DNA of 64,000 nucleotides from Antedon mediterranea (GCF_964355755.1 NC_092671.1:3906001-3970000), one strand, 5' to 3'. Shown: positions 35,921 to 51,086, counted from the first letter of the stretch. Notes: generated by a model not told the origin, from the letters alone. Numbers and translations: made by a program.

Positions 35921-38619
35921 CGTAACGTTTGTACTGTGACTATGTACTATTCACTCGACAGGCTCTTCTGGTTGTGATTTTGCGGAAAGTCAGCTGCGAA
36001 ATAAATAAAGCCTCCAGAAATACGCGCACGCTCATTGGTTTTGACCAATCAGATTACTTAAATTGACACGTTGAGAGAGACGGATGGGGAAAAAATATGC
36101 TTTTTTTTTTACAATTCTTAACATAGGGGATCGGATATAGGCCTATACAATATCATTTTATGTGTGCACATAGGACCTGTTGATTTTAGAGGTAATCCTG
36201 ACGATTATAATAATGATTGAGAAAAAACTGTTTGATTCGTTAACTCTGTTGTTTCGGAAAAAAGAAATTCAGGAGATATATCGAATACAAAATTAGTACA
36301 GTTTAGTGTGTTACAAGTGTGAAATAATGTACCGGTACAATATAATGTAAAACCAAAACAAAATAACAACATAACATTATTTTTTGTATTTTGCAGCTTT
36401 AATAAAGTTTACTTAAGCGAGACACCAAACACAATACCTAACAAATCCGCCCAATTTGCCGAATTTTAGCTTGCAAAATAAAATCTTTGTAGAGTCTATT
36501 TAAAAAAACGAAGAACATAATTATTTAGGATAGACTTATGGGTGATTTTGATATTATTTTGCCTGTTATTAATTATATTAACTCCGCCTTTTTTAGGAGA
36601 CATAATTAATTGTTCTGATGTAGTTTAGGCCTATTTGTTTGTTTTGTTGCTTATCTTCTTGAGGCTAATTTTATCAAATTTGTTTTTATGCAGTAATAAA
36701 GAATTTAATTGAATTATATGATTCATATGACATGACAAGCTGTGTTGCAGTTGTATTATCTTAAAATATAGAATAAATGCGGTCAAACAACATATGACAT
36801 GAGATTTAAATGCAGATATATCGTAAATAAAAGAACAATATTCAAAGGGTGTATTGTACAGATGACAAGCCTATTGTAAAACAAGCCAACTGTGTGACAA
36901 GCTGTGTTGTATATCTATTTCTAACACATCGATGTGTTTCCTTCCTAGTAATGTTTGGTTCCCAGTAAACATCAATTGAAAAAGTTGGAAAACCCCAACC
37001 AATCAATATTCCTCACCTCCTAAGCGTGTGAATGGTTTTAACTGTTTGTTATCATCATCCTGTGTAGATCAATTGCATTATTTATTCTTCGCACAAAAGC
37101 TGAAACATTACGTTAAATCAATTTATTTAATGAATGTTATTAATTGAAAATCTACGAGTCGATAGTATTAAATTGATGGGCATGTGTCGATTACAAAATG
37201 AATTGACAACCGAATATGATATTAGAAAGACGAGTGTAATAATCTATGTTTCAGGTATAGAACATTTAGCCTGGGTGCAGAGCAGTTAATATACACATTT
37301 GCGGGAAAAAAGTATAGGAAAGCTTTTTTTTTTGTTTTTCTGATAGAGTATACCATATAGAATGTCAGAAAAAAATCCCCATCCCAGGATCTTAGGGGAA
37401 TTTTTTTACGGCATATTTTGGCCTATAACACACACAAATGCCTATTAACGCACACAAATACCTATATAGGGAATAGGGAAAACCAATTAACGGTTTTTGT
37501 TACTTGCAGTTGTGTTTTAATGATTAAAATTAGTAGAGGCTTACTTTAATAACTACTTCTCATAGTAGTTGATGAATCGAGTCGATACGATGACATCATC
37601 ATGCCAGAATCCAATATGGCTTCCAATTTGGCGGGAAAACCCCCATTTTTTTTTTAATGCATTTTTTGTCCACACAATGTACAGACTTACTATCTTAAAA
37701 CAAAACACGAATCCACACAAATGTACATCTACCTACAGTAATTGTCCCCCTTCCCAGTCTTCCCAACATTAGGATGACGAAACCAAGATTTTGATTTAGG
37801 GGGTTTGGGTTGGAGCGGGGGAGGATTTGCGAAGACTTATTGGATCTCTATCTGGATCAGACTATGGATAATGCAGATTCACCTATTATGCATTTCTCAG
37901 ACGGAACCGGAACATTTCTTGCTATCCACCTAAAAATTGACAGCAAATTACCGACCAGGGTGATAAGCTTTTGGAAAGGATCAGTATATTAAGAGACATC
38001 ACTTTTGAGAATTATTCCTTGCACAACACCAGAGATTTTCTAAGCATTAACCTGAATCCTATAGTGATTTAACCGGCATTTACTCATTGTCGTACTAGTA
38101 CAGGAAAGATATGCTCAGAATCAGTAAAAGGTTGAAAAAATTGCAACAGAATTTTTTTCACCACAATGCATTTCTATAAGGTCCTTATATGAACATACTA
38201 AAAGTCTAGAAAAATCCAGGTAGGGGAAAAAACAAAATGGCCGCCAATGGTGAAAAATGTCAAAAAATGAACAAAAAACATATATTGTATATCTAATTAC
38301 CACTTGATAGCAGTTTTTATAATGCTTTTTATATTTCTTTAGTGTCAAACATTTAAACTGCAATATACATATTAATTTAAGTGCTATTTAGCAGCAAAAA
38401 CACAAATTTAAGTATCAAGATATCAATCACCACGGTTATAATAATAGACAACGTAGTCCTATGCATTATAATGCAGGACTACGGTGTCTAATAAAACAGT
38501 TCATTTACAATAGAATTATACAATCTTACAATCTATTAATCCATTCATTTTCATTGTCCAGTTATCATCCTCTGTCTATAGGTAGGAATTAAGCATGTGC
38601 TGATGATGCCGTGGTATTC

Positions 38620-39030
38620 GTCACAAACAGTGGTAACTGGTGGTAAGTTTGTCATCAATGGACACATCACGCCATTTGTAACTTTCCATCCCCCAGTCTG
38701 TGGGTTGAAGAGTATTTTCTATCCACTGCTGTACCATGGTAATATACACGCAGGGAATGACATTTTGCAGCATTTGTTGTTGGGGGGAATCGACTTTATT
38801 TCAAGTGCTGTTTTGCTTTTTGCTACTTTCTCCCAGAACGTATTCCTCCATAGCGCTACCAATGCCAATTCCTCTGAGGCGATGGAATCTTTTTTTTGAA
38901 GACGTTTGGTTTTACAGAGTTTGTAAGCATACTACTGCCCAGGTGTTATGACTTTTTAAGATTAACACCTTTTTTTTTACCAAATAGATGGGATGTAGCA
39001 TCACATCCCTGGATTACATGTATAAAAAGC
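38620..39030 (-). pseudogene. Decayed TE gene fragment (C-terminal part), inverted relative to the copy at 39230-40000
   Basis: PPTTNAAKCHSLRVYY, then a frameshift, then QQWIENTLQPTDWGWKVTNGVMCPLMTNLPP. Confidence 0.7.
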
Positions 39031-39229
39031 AAATTAATTTTTACAGAGCTTCACACCAAGGAAAGACTTTACATGCATTCACAGTGCTCCCCCATCGAGA
39101 ACATACAGTATTAAATCAATGAATGAAGCAACCGTGACAGAATATTAATTTAAGAGGAAAGAACATATATTATTACACATGGGTCAAAATCAACCATTTT
39201 TATCAATAGAGAAGCAGTGCACATTCCCT

Positions 39230-40000
39230 CACATATACTATTTCATCATTGATGGCTATGTTAGACAGTCATACACAATGCATCATTTGTTCAAAAAGAA
39301 CCTTGTACTTTTCCTGCAGCCCTCTTTTACTCCATCGACTCCATACACACTGCTAGACTACTCAGAAACATTCATCTCACTGCCCACTGTATGTTATCAA
39401 TGGGGGAGCACTGCTACATCAAACCTCATGGCCCGAAACACCAACATTTCAAGACATTTATTATGTACCATGTATGTTTGTTACGTTATGTGAAGGCAAA
39501 GTAAACTCTTGTGTTTTTATATAATTATGGGCCGTCAGTAAATTTGGTTTAGGAAAAGCTGGAAAATCATCACAGTTGGAGTTGTATGTCAAATTTTGTA
39601 AACTAAACAGTTTCCAAAAAAAAAGAAAACATTGCATCAGGAATTCGGCATTGGTAGCTCTATATGGAGGGAAGTCAATGGAGACTTTAGACAGCCTACT
39701 TTTCTTTGAGAAAGTTGCAAAAAGCAAATCTATTCCCTTGCTGCAAAATGTTATTTCGTGAGTCTTTATTACCAGGTAGGCCTATAGCAGTGGATAGGAA
39801 ATACTCTTCAACCCACAGACTAGGGATGGAAAGTATTGATGACAAATTTACTACCAGCACCAGAGAAACTATTAAAGTTGATTAGATGTACCTGTAAATA
39901 AGGTTGTAGTTAAATGAATTGCAGTTGCAGAAAATATAGGTTGGACTGCTGCTCCACTATTTTTTAAGAATGCCACGGCATCAGCACATGCTCAATTCCC
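39230..40000 (+). pseudogene. Decayed TE gene: PIN/FEN1-like nuclease motif plus tesmin/TSO1-like CXC C-terminus
   Basis: YVINGGALLHQTSWPETPTFQDI; ALVALYGGKSMETLDSL; WIGNTLQPTD*GWK; IRCTCK*GCS*MNCSCRKYRLDC...ECHG..TC, with stops and frameshifts. Confidence 0.7.
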
Positions 40001-43000
40001 CACCAATAGATGGAGGATGAGATACTGACAAGATGAAAGTGAAATTACCGCATTTATTTGAATAAATGCCCTTGGTGGTTGGGGTAGTGGGGGCGTGTAA
40101 TCGTCGTGAGGAGTTTATTCGGAGAGGCGTTTATTTTTGTGGGTGTAATGTGGTAACATGTATTAATCAAATAAATAAACCCTTTAGATATGAACAAATA
40201 CAACACCATCATGTCATTCAGTGAATTCTATTACAAATAGAGATGTGTTAAAACACAATATTGAATGTGGCGAGTCGTACATTCGACGAAATAAATTCAA
40301 AATGATGTCCGATGGGGGCAGGGGAGGGGGTGCGCTGGTGTAGGTTATTCAAAATGATGTCTTATGGGGGAGTTTATTCGATCTTTCTAAATGTAGCATT
40401 TATCCGAATAAATACGGTAATAGATTGATTGTAGTCCAGTGATGGCGCAAGGATTTTGCTGGGGGGGGGGGGGTGGGGGGGAGAGCGCAGCTAGCATCAA
40501 TTGGCTGGGCCATCAATGGGAGCGCACCCAGAAGTTCCAACAATATTATACCAGTAAAGGGTAGTTTTAGTCACTTTTAAAAATGAAAATCCTTGAAACA
40601 GCACTCAATGGGGTATTGTTTTATATTAGGAATTATCATCATATTGTCTACATATACTCCCGAAAATAGCCAATTGGGGAGAGGGGATGGGGGGCCGGAC
40701 AGACTCCCTCACCCTTCCCATATGATCTCCCATCCCTATACCCCTCCCCACTGGTACCACCAATGTTGTAATATATTGTTATAACAGTACAAATGTAAAC
40801 TGATTTATTATTAGACACCGTAATCCTATGCATTAAGCATAGGAAGGACTGCGTTTTATATATTATAACAATAGGGATATATCTAGATACTTAAACATTT
40901 GTTTTGCGGCCATTTTCTAATTAACAGCACTTAAAATAATGTGTATATTGTAGTTCAGATCTTCGAAACTGTAAAGAAATATAAAAATCATTGTAAAAAC
41001 CGCTATAAAGTGGATTATTAAATTGAATTAGATCTACTATTTATGTTTTTTTGTCCTTTTTTAGGCTGGATTTTTCTAGACTTTTAATATGTTCATATAG
41101 GGACCTTATAGAAATGCATTGTGGTGAAATAAATTCTGTTGCAATTTTTTCAACCATATTTCATAGTTTTCCTGTACTATACGTACAAGACCAAGTTACT
41201 AACTAAGTTATTTCCTTATTCAACTCAGCCTCTTCATTAAAATCTGTTGTTAAAATCTCTACAACCAAACTCTTAAACTTGTGAGTGCAATAGGATTCAT
41301 ATGAATCATATTAGGAATAGATTAGTCCAACTATCTGATAGTTGGTCCTATTATATGCCATTATGTATATTGCCTGTCAATTTGTACAAAGATTTCTGAA
41401 CACTGAGTGAGAAGGAATCGCTGATCAATGTGAAGTATCTTTTTGCTTAACCGAACTCTATAGGACGTAGATTTTGCAGGGTTTAATTTGTTCAGATCTC
41501 TTTTTTTGCAGCATTGTACAATTTACAATGTTAAGCTTCTTTAATTAGATTTCTACAGTATTGCACTAAGTGGTTTGGAACCCACCAAATAAAATTGCAA
41601 GTTGTTGATTTTAACAGCTTTAATGAAGAGCAGTTGATCAAAGAAATGTTACAGATATATTCGATAGTTTAGTTTTGCAACTTGATCTTATACAACAATG
41701 TAGACTAATTCCAGATTCAGGCCAATGATTGCAACACATTAACACTAATTTTATTACTCATGTTTATACATAATGCATAATTCCAGACTAGTTTGTCCAT
41801 CTGTATATTGGGGAATCATTTTTTCAGAGTTCCTATGAGTAATTTTGAATAATACTACAGGTGGAACCGTGATAATGTGTAAGGAATAATTGGCAAACTT
41901 TTATCGAAAGTGATGTCTCATACACTGATGCATACTCTTAACACCCTGATCGGAATCTGCTATTGTGACATGGATACCAAAAACAACACCCTACCGTGAA
42001 TGTTCCTTTCCATCTGAAGTGCGTATTTGAGTCAGCATTATCTGCAACCTATTTTTCTAATACTGGGAGGTATAATGAAATACAATCGCGTTTGGATTTG
42101 TGTATACATTTAATTTTAAGATAGTATTCGTACATTTTAACGTTAAAAGGAATTTTTCAAAACTGTTGTTTTTCCCGCCAAATTGGACGCCATATTGGAT
42201 TCTCGATTTATCAACTACTATGAGAAATAGTTATTAAAGTAAGCCTCAGCTAATTTTAATCATCATAACACAACTCCAAGTAGAAAAAACGTGAATTGGT
42301 TTTCCCTATCCCCTATATATTATATAGGTATTTGTGTGTGTTAATAGGCATTTTTGTGTGTTATATAGGCCAAAATTTAAAAGTGCCGTAAAAAAATTTC
42401 CCCAAGACCCTGGGATGGGGATTTTTTTCTGACATTCTATATGGTATACTCTATCAGAAAAACCAAAACAAAATTTTCCTTTACTTTTTTCCCGCAAAAT
42501 TTGTACTGCACCCAGGCTTAATTGTCAGCTGAAATAATCAGGGAAGAGTAAAATTAATTTCACTCTTCACCTGAAAGAATGTATAAGTGTATCACCCAGG
42601 GTAAAGGGAACTAGATGATGTGTTGGATGCGATAGTCCGCAGTAGATTTTTCATGTTGGTTGGTGTTAACAATTAAAAAACAGACAGGCAGATACAAGAA
42701 AAGATAATTTTTTTTAAAGCTATAATATACATTAAAAAAATTAAACATAACATCAATAGAGACAGATGATCTTCCACACGTACGATAATTACCTGAAAAG
42801 GCAGAAAAGTGAAGACCAGTGAAAACGCTCGTAAAATCAAGACAACTGCCCAATCCAAAAATTAGTTTGAAGACGTCGACATGTTTTATTTTTGTTTGGT
42901 TCAGCACAAAAGTAAAAATCAAAACTTATTTGTTTATATACTTGTTACTTGTTACAAAAGCACAATATAGCCTTCTTAATAAAGATCCAATCCAATTTAC

Positions 43001-46000
43001 ATGGTGTAGACAGTCACTAAATCTCTAAAAGATTAGACTGGTTTGTATCTGGTATCAAACGGAGAAGAAACAATAGAATTAGAAATCAAAAGAAAACTGA
43101 AGAATTTTATTTTATTATTTTATTTTATTCAAACTCATTCAACAGCGGGAAACCCCGCCCCTTACAGAATGGAACAAATTTCAATTGGAGGATATTTATG
43201 AATATGCGCCTAAAAATACGTTCAAGAACCAAGTGGATAGAAAATGGTGAAATAATCAGTAAATACTTTCTATCTGTGGGAAAAAATAATGGTAGAAAAA
43301 AAATAATAAGATCCAATGGATCTTATGCCGAATAAACAAATGAAATTATTTCAGAAGAGGTAAACATTTTGAGAATCTATACGAAAATCAAAAGATAAAT
43401 TTTTGAAGTATCTAAAAGAAACAAAATTAACAGATGATGAAATTAACAGAGGGTGAACTGACACTTTTGGATAAGGATGGATGCAATGTTGGCAATGAAA
43501 CGTAATAAAGTAGGCTTACTGACGGCCCTACCGTTGAATTGTATCAATTTTTCTGGCCTAAAATAGGCTCATTAATCTATAATGCTCAAGCTTTAAAGAT
43601 GGGAAACTATCAATATCACAAATCACGCATGTATGTATGCGAATCATATGCACTTGTGTGTTTATATGTATATGTACAGGAACATAGGCCTACTGCTAAG
43701 ATAAATATTTAAAAAAAAAGATAAAAATGGGAAAATTAATTACATCACAGTAGAAAATGTTTTTTAGTACATTTTAATTTTCAAGTTTTAGATGTAGAAA
43801 AATATTGAATTGCTTTGATAAAATCGTATGAAAGATAGGAGAAAATATAAGAAAATAACCGATGGGGGGAATCAGAATATCAATGAAAGATGTATAAAAT
43901 CGTATTTTTTTGCAGCAGAAACTGCGCTCATAAAAAAAATACCGTATTTTGTATACCGTATTTTCCCCACAAAATTTATACCGTATTTTTTGTACCCTTT
44001 TCTGCTGCCAATAAAAAATATTGTATTTTTTTTTACCTGCAACATGAGGTCAATATCGTGTTTTTATTTTCTGTCGCTGTCAGCTGTCTTACACACGTGT
44101 ATAGATAATTCGTCGAAAATGTGGAGCGAAGACGTCACAGTATTTACTATATAAATCTGTGTGGGAAGGGAGTGGGAGGGAGTGGGAGGGAGTGGGAGGG
44201 GGAGGGGAAGCTAAAATGTCCGGCCAACTACTAAAATGTAATAAAGGGGACAACCACATTTATAAAGACATTTGTAAAAAAATAAAGCAGGATTACGAAT
44301 AGACTTGTCTCCAAAGCAAGTAAATTCAAAGCTGAAGAGCCTCCGAAAGCAGTACAACATTGCAAAACCGAATTACTTGTCCCCATTACGGTGTTTTCTG
44401 TGCTCTCACAACATCTCTATCACTAGGGCTAGGCTGTTGAAAGTGAGGCGTAAAACATCCTTTATTTATTAATTAATTTTGGTAAAAAGGATGAATTTTA
44501 ACACGACCACCCAAGAAGTATTGTTAGCAGAAACGGGGTACTAAAAAATACGGTATAAAATATACCATATTTTGAGCAGTTGCAGCAGAAACAGGCCTAA
44601 AGTTAGGTCCATGCTATCGAATTTTAACCGCTGTAATCAATCCATGCTGTAGGCCTATATGAATATCAGTAAATTACGTGTGAGTAGAACGTTATAAAAA
44701 ACCACATTCTTCCCACAGAAGCGAACTGATAAGGTACACGCAGCAAAGTTGAGTGTAGTCGTAAGTGACTAGTAGGCCTGAAATATCTAAATTTGTTTAT
44801 CATATGGTAATCTTCTTTCTCTGTTATCTTATCGTAATGTTGATTTACCAACTAAGCGTAAATTAGGCTGAAATCACCAACTGGAGAGGGCTCCTAACAT
44901 TTCAAACGCATACGGATTTATTTCGTCACTCTTATCTGTTTTTTTCGGAAATCAAGTATTAAATCATTTTTTGTTACGTTGTCGTTTCGAAAGTTGCGGT
45001 CCTTTTACGAAATTATTTCTGTGTTTCCTAATCAAATCAAATGTTTCTAGTGCATAAAATTAACAAACAGCAAATCAAAATCAAGGAAACACGCCTATTA
45101 GTTCTATAATTTCTGTAACAGCGTCAACACTTTTCTTCACGATTTGGTTTCGTGTTTGTTGAAACAAGACAGGCGCCATCAGGCGATGGAAGTACCTACG
45201 TACGTACACTAACAACATGGTTATGGCACAAATTATATAATTTGATCACTTTTGCGTATACCTAAACAAATAGTCTGCAGTGGAAACATACTATGTTCAC
45301 TTCCTGTCAACCAGAATAATGAGTTGTTTATATATTATTTCCTATATATATTTCCTATATAGTTAATTGGCGTTCCTTATCAAAAATTGTATCAAAAATA
45401 ATTATAGCTCCCAGTAAAATGACGATAAATACAATTTCAACAAATAAAGTTGTGTAATCTGAAGTTATAAGAGGGGTGTTATAAACATAAATGGGTAGTA
45501 TAATATTATATAATAATAAGATTTATACAGCGCACATATCCACAAAAGTGCTCAAGGCGCTTGTGAAAACCATGAAACAAATTGACCTTAAACCTAAATA
45601 CTACTGATAATTTTGACAAAAACCGAAATAAAAACAAGACCAATCGAACCCACATCACTGCTTCCGTTTACCAGCAATTTAAGGTGCATAGACCATCCAG
45701 TACATAACTCACAGGTGTTCTCTGTGATGTGTGTATCTAGCAAAACAAATAGTAGGCCTAGCTGTAGGACTAGGCCTACCAGCAGTTAAAAGCCTATAAC
45801 ATTCATTATTTGAAACCACACGTACCTATACCTTTTCTTTCAGATATTAAATTATAAGAACTTAACAATTACATGGATTAGAAATCCGGACCAGGTATTT
45901 TCAAACAATTATTTTTGACTTAAAACAAGGAATCTTTTAATTTCGCTTGTTTGTGGCTCATCTTTTATTTTAAACAGTTATCCACTTTCATTGTTGATAC

Positions 46001-49000
46001 AAAAAAGACTAATTTTCCAGTAAAACCACAACAAAATCTTAATGACTTAATACGAGATTTTATGAGTGAGCACTAAATGGCGGCGTAGTGAATTATTTGA
46101 CTCGTTTTAAAAGCACTACGTGGGAGTAATGGATTTTCTTCACACGTCTTAAGACTACAAATGTACTCTAAATAAAATTCACCGTTATTTTGTGTAGTTT
46201 AAGTACTTAATAAGTTCGCTTGAAATGGACACTAAAGGCCATCAGAGCAGTTTTATCGCCATTTATTTGCCGATGAGGTTAATTCATGGGTACTTAGATG
46301 CTGCGAAGAAAAGGCAACTCAGAAAAGAGTAAAGGCAATTGTATGGATCTTTAAAACACGACACGACAATCGTAGGTGTTCCATATGGTTCGAAAGGTAT
46401 TCTTGGCCCTTGTGAATTATTTCTAAATAGATGTACTACTACTATATTTTGTTTCTTCAACTTCATTGTTGTTTTCTGACTTTTAATTTCATTTTAAAAT
46501 CTTAGCCTAAATACAGAAAGAGAAGTAAAAACATCATTATGTTTTCCGCTAACAGAGGCTGAATGAACCACACAATGATCAATTGGCTATCATTTTATTG
46601 TATTTCATATTTTACTTTTGACCCAATGGGAGTCCTAGACACCTCAGATATTTTTCTCAATTGTTTTCAATATTTAGATGATGAACTTGATGATGAGAAG
46701 TTGTTGGTATAGACGATAATGATGTAATCAAAAGTATTTTGAAGGTGTTGTTAATGGTGAGGAAGGTGTTATTAATGAATTAAATTATTTATAACGATTA
46801 AATCATGATAACAACCGACAAGATATGTTCTTGTGTGACTTTTTGCTGCAAACCCAATCTGTCATTGTACTCTCTTAGGATAAAGTACAATATTGATTTA
46901 CAACCAAAATAAACCGCTTCACAAAAAATAGTACTTATAAATTATATTAAACGTTTTAATAAATTGCAATAAAAATATATCATCTTAAATTATCATAATT
47001 ATAGTAATTACTGCTTATACTTAAAAAAAACATCAATTATTACAATTATTATTTTTTTAAACAGTGTCCAATTGTGTAATAAAATGAATGCATTACTGTA
47101 GCACATAAATAATATAATCGTTGTACTTATTGAACATGTGATTAAAGTATTCAGTTATTAATTGACAGTCACAGAGGAATTGTATTGGCGTGTTTAAACA
47201 CATTGCTATTATATTCCATTACTAACTACGAATACAACATTTATACTAATTGTCGATTAGTGTATTTGACGAGCATATAAATTAGCTATAAATGAATGTT
47301 GCGAGTGCGCAGATCGATCTACGCTTCACAAATTTGCACAATGTCAAAACGGTATGTTGACAAAAATTGATTTTCCAATTTATAAGCAGTATTGACTATA
47401 ACACAACCATGCTACAACAACCTGGCCAAGTTCCCTAACGAAGGCATAGTGAAGTCCACTGGGAACGACCCTTTCTTTTAAATGCTGATTGGGAATGATA
47501 ATTATACTGGCTTGCTTAAAATAATTTGCAGATTAGAATTAGAATTTTTAAGTTGTAATACTCAAAATGCAAACTACATCTATAGTATGAACGCATCAGT
47601 GACGGTTCTGAAATTGGGTCTTGAGGTCATCGCGCACACTATGTGACATAATTATCTATTCGTTTAGTATGTTACTATAATAGTAATTGTTTTCATGCGT
47701 AATAGACATCAGGTGTTTATTAACAAAACCATTAAAAAAATTCCACAAACAAAATCTTGAAACTTAATCTAATTTAGTGGTCAAAATTTGTATCAGTTGT
47801 TGAAACTTTATTTTAAAGTTTTGTCCACACAAAGAAAAAAAACACTCCTCACAAAATGATGACGTCATATCTATACCTTATTTGGGAACATCACAATTTT
47901 GTTGTCAAACTAATTTTAACGTGTAAACAGTGCCTAAATTACAGATTCAAACCATTCCAAAACTATTAGAAACCTAAAATATCAATAGCTAGGCCTAGTT
48001 ATGCAACCCAGCTGTGCCACGGATTTAGAATGCACAGTCGACCTTGACATTGCACTCAATGTAGGCCTAACTCATATTCTACAAAATTATTAGTATGTTA
48101 TACGAACTGTCATTAGTATAGAATGTCTTTTATCGTGTCAGATTATTATCGTGTTTCTTCATGAATTTAATATATCACTTATCACCTGATCAATTGAAAA
48201 TTCTTTCCATGCTGTATAATCTGTCGGTAATCTCTTCATCGTTTCTGTAGTTTTTTCTACCCACATCATTATTATGTATATGTACTTCTATCTACGGGAC
48301 GACCAGTACATTACTAATATGAATTACATTAAAAAACATAGATCGCGCTTTTAATTTCAAACCTAAAATGTTTGACAAAACCAACATAAAAATATTCCGG
48401 AGTCGCATACAGATCAAAATGATAAATAAAAAAAAATAAATAAAATTATATGAATATAATCTCCTATAAGAGTAAGACTGTAATTTCCTCAATTTCTAGT
48501 TAAGTCTAAATTATTTACTTACCGTATTTGTGTTTGTCTATTTCGTCCTCCTTGGTAACAAAATATAAATCATGTACATCGTAGAGTATGTCTAACAATA
48601 ACAAAATTATTTAATATAATACCAATTCCTATTGTTTAATGGTGAATATATTACAGTAGAACAAGGCCCTATTAAGAGGACCCTATAGAGTTGAGAGAAA
48701 GTGTCCCTTAAATAGGGGTGTTTAAACCACTGTATACCATTCAATATTGAGATGCTTTTTACAATAACAACAATCACTGCTCATCTGTTGAATAGTGGCA
48801 TCTCAGTGTTCTGATTCTTATTGAGTAAAATGTGTGTTATTGATGTTTCGGACATTTATGGTAGACAAAATCAACGCCTCACTACTCTGACCACTAAAAG
48901 AAGAATTAGATTAAACCAATACATCTATCACAAACTTTATCACTTAACAAGTGCACATGGCAGAATATAGGCCTATCCAATTAACGTAGAAATATGATAG

Positions 49001-51086
49001 CGTTTCACTCGCAATATATTTAGATTAATTAATCTCGACAAATCAGAATGCCATTCATATATCATAGTTTTAATGGCAATCTATATTCAGGTAATCTATC
49101 AATGCAGTTCTAATTTTTTTTATTATAAAACAGAAAATTCTATAGTGAAAACTCCAACCTGCTTTTACCGCAGAACGATTTATTCGGATAATACCTCACA
49201 ATATCAGTCATTTTATAGTATCATCAAGAAGTAGTCGCGCGCGTACTAACCTGCACCGTTATCATTTTTTGAACGCGAATAACAAATTATATTAATCTAA
49301 AAATGTAATATGATTATGCCTCTACCATAAAGACAAAGAAAGGGCCAATCGAGACACATTATCCAAATTACCAAATATAATGATAATGATATGCTAATAA
49401 CCGGAATCAACGTTTATACCAAATACGGTTTAGGCCGAAGTGTACAGTACTGACAGTTTATTTTGTAACTCATTTTAATGAAACAAGTATTAAGTTAAAC
49501 CTTACTCTTTTAATGGTTTCATTACTTGAGCGTCATCCAAATATCGGTATACATGCTTATGAGAGGTATTTCTGGAGTAACTACTTACTTGTGGTATGAA
49601 TGTGTGAATTTATAGACATGCATTATGAGATCATGAGATAAATAAAACGATAGTAAGAGCCGTAATAGACGATATGTGACGGCGTCGCGAGTACATCACA
49701 AATCTCAGTCAGATACTCGGCTCTTCTATGTTTATCAATTACAGCACTAAAACAACTACCCGCATTTATAATACATTCAGTGCAGTACATGCGTTTAAAA
49801 AGTTTTAACTGATGCGGCAATCGCATAGCTGGCACCATCGTTAATTAATCTGTTTTCAAACACTTATTTTATTTAACTCTAAATATTTTCGTTGTTCAAC
49901 CTGTGATTTTTTCTGTCTTTTTAAGTAAGATAAAATTACACATTATGTGAATCATCCTCATATCGCGCTCTAAATATGTCTACATCGAACGCGCGCGCGT
50001 ACAAACTCCGATAAAAAGTTGACGCGTACAGATGCTGAAAAAGTTATATCTAGTAGTAATATCTCATCACATTTTTCTTGGTGTTATTACTGTCAATGAC
50101 TTTGTAAACTAATCTAAACATTTGAAATCACTTTGACACTTTCACTGATCATTTTTATCAAAGTGTATGACTTACTATATCGCATGAAAATTATTTCCGA
50201 GACGTTATTATCAACATTACCAGCATCAGAATGCTCTTGCTGACGTCAGACTACATGCTGATAAACACATGATACCAACCCTGGATGAGATAATGTGTTT
50301 TGAAAAAAAATAATTTAGGTCTCTACCTGTATAAAGGGTAATACGGTCACTTAATTGGAAAAATTCTAGGCCTATATGATTAGGCCTAAAAATCCGCTTG
50401 ATTGAATCGAAGTGGGAAATGTAAGGAGGATTTTTCGGGTTGAAAAATATGTTTAAACTTGGTATGGATACACTTGAGCCATGCCTAATTGTAATGAGGC
50501 GCGCGCGTGCAGCGCGTGACATGATACAGTAAAAAATAAAATACTAACAGGTAATATTTATAACAAATTGATGGGATTGAAAAATGTCTTAAAAAATATA
50601 TAGGCCTACTCTATATGTCAGTCTTGTGTTTATCTATATATCATGTAATTTTACCGTTATATATCGTGTTTCATTTTCCGTTAAAATGGATGTAAAAAAA
50701 ACGTTGGTTCGCCATATCCATCATGTCACGACAGCTGCCGATTTCATGCCAATAAAGTTACTTACTGTTAGATTTAATAACAAAGTCAACTACTTATGAA
50801 TATTATAATGTGACCACATTATATGACCACGTATGTTTAAGTTGTATGTGAAACATATGGGCCTAATATTGGACCGCCAAATTGATATATAGGTCCGCCA
50901 AAAAGATGGTACAATGATACACAAAAATGATGGTATATTGTTCTACCTGATAGTTGTTAATTTTTGAAAATGTTAGCATAATATGCTTATACCAACATTA
51001 CGTTACATATATTTTTACAACCGACGGATCATCTGAACTGTCGCTTGTGATTGGTCAAATTATGTTTTGTTGCGCGTACATCCTTA

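Larger units (their letters stand above)
38096..41179. mobile_element. Second TIR element (arms about 350-400 bp) nested in the 5.2-kb element
   Basis: Ends TAGTACAGGAAA / TTTCCTGTACTA; shared GGTTGAAAAAATTGCAACAGAATTT...CACCACAATGCATTTCTATAAGGTCC. TSD imperfect. Confidence 0.8.
37269..42517. mobile_element. 5.2-kb DNA transposon with inverted arms of about 650-750 bp
   Basis: Ends GCCTGGGTGCAG / CTGCACCCAGGC, both flanked by TTA. Inverted similarity between about 37269-38030 and 41870-42517, e.g. TTTTCTGATAGAGTATACCATATAGAATGTCAGAAAAAAATCCCCATCCCAGG. Confidence 0.85.

Noticed and set aside
44161-44209. (GGGAGTGGGA)n G-rich tract
   Set aside because: Short simple repeat within a probable repeat element; G4 potential only.
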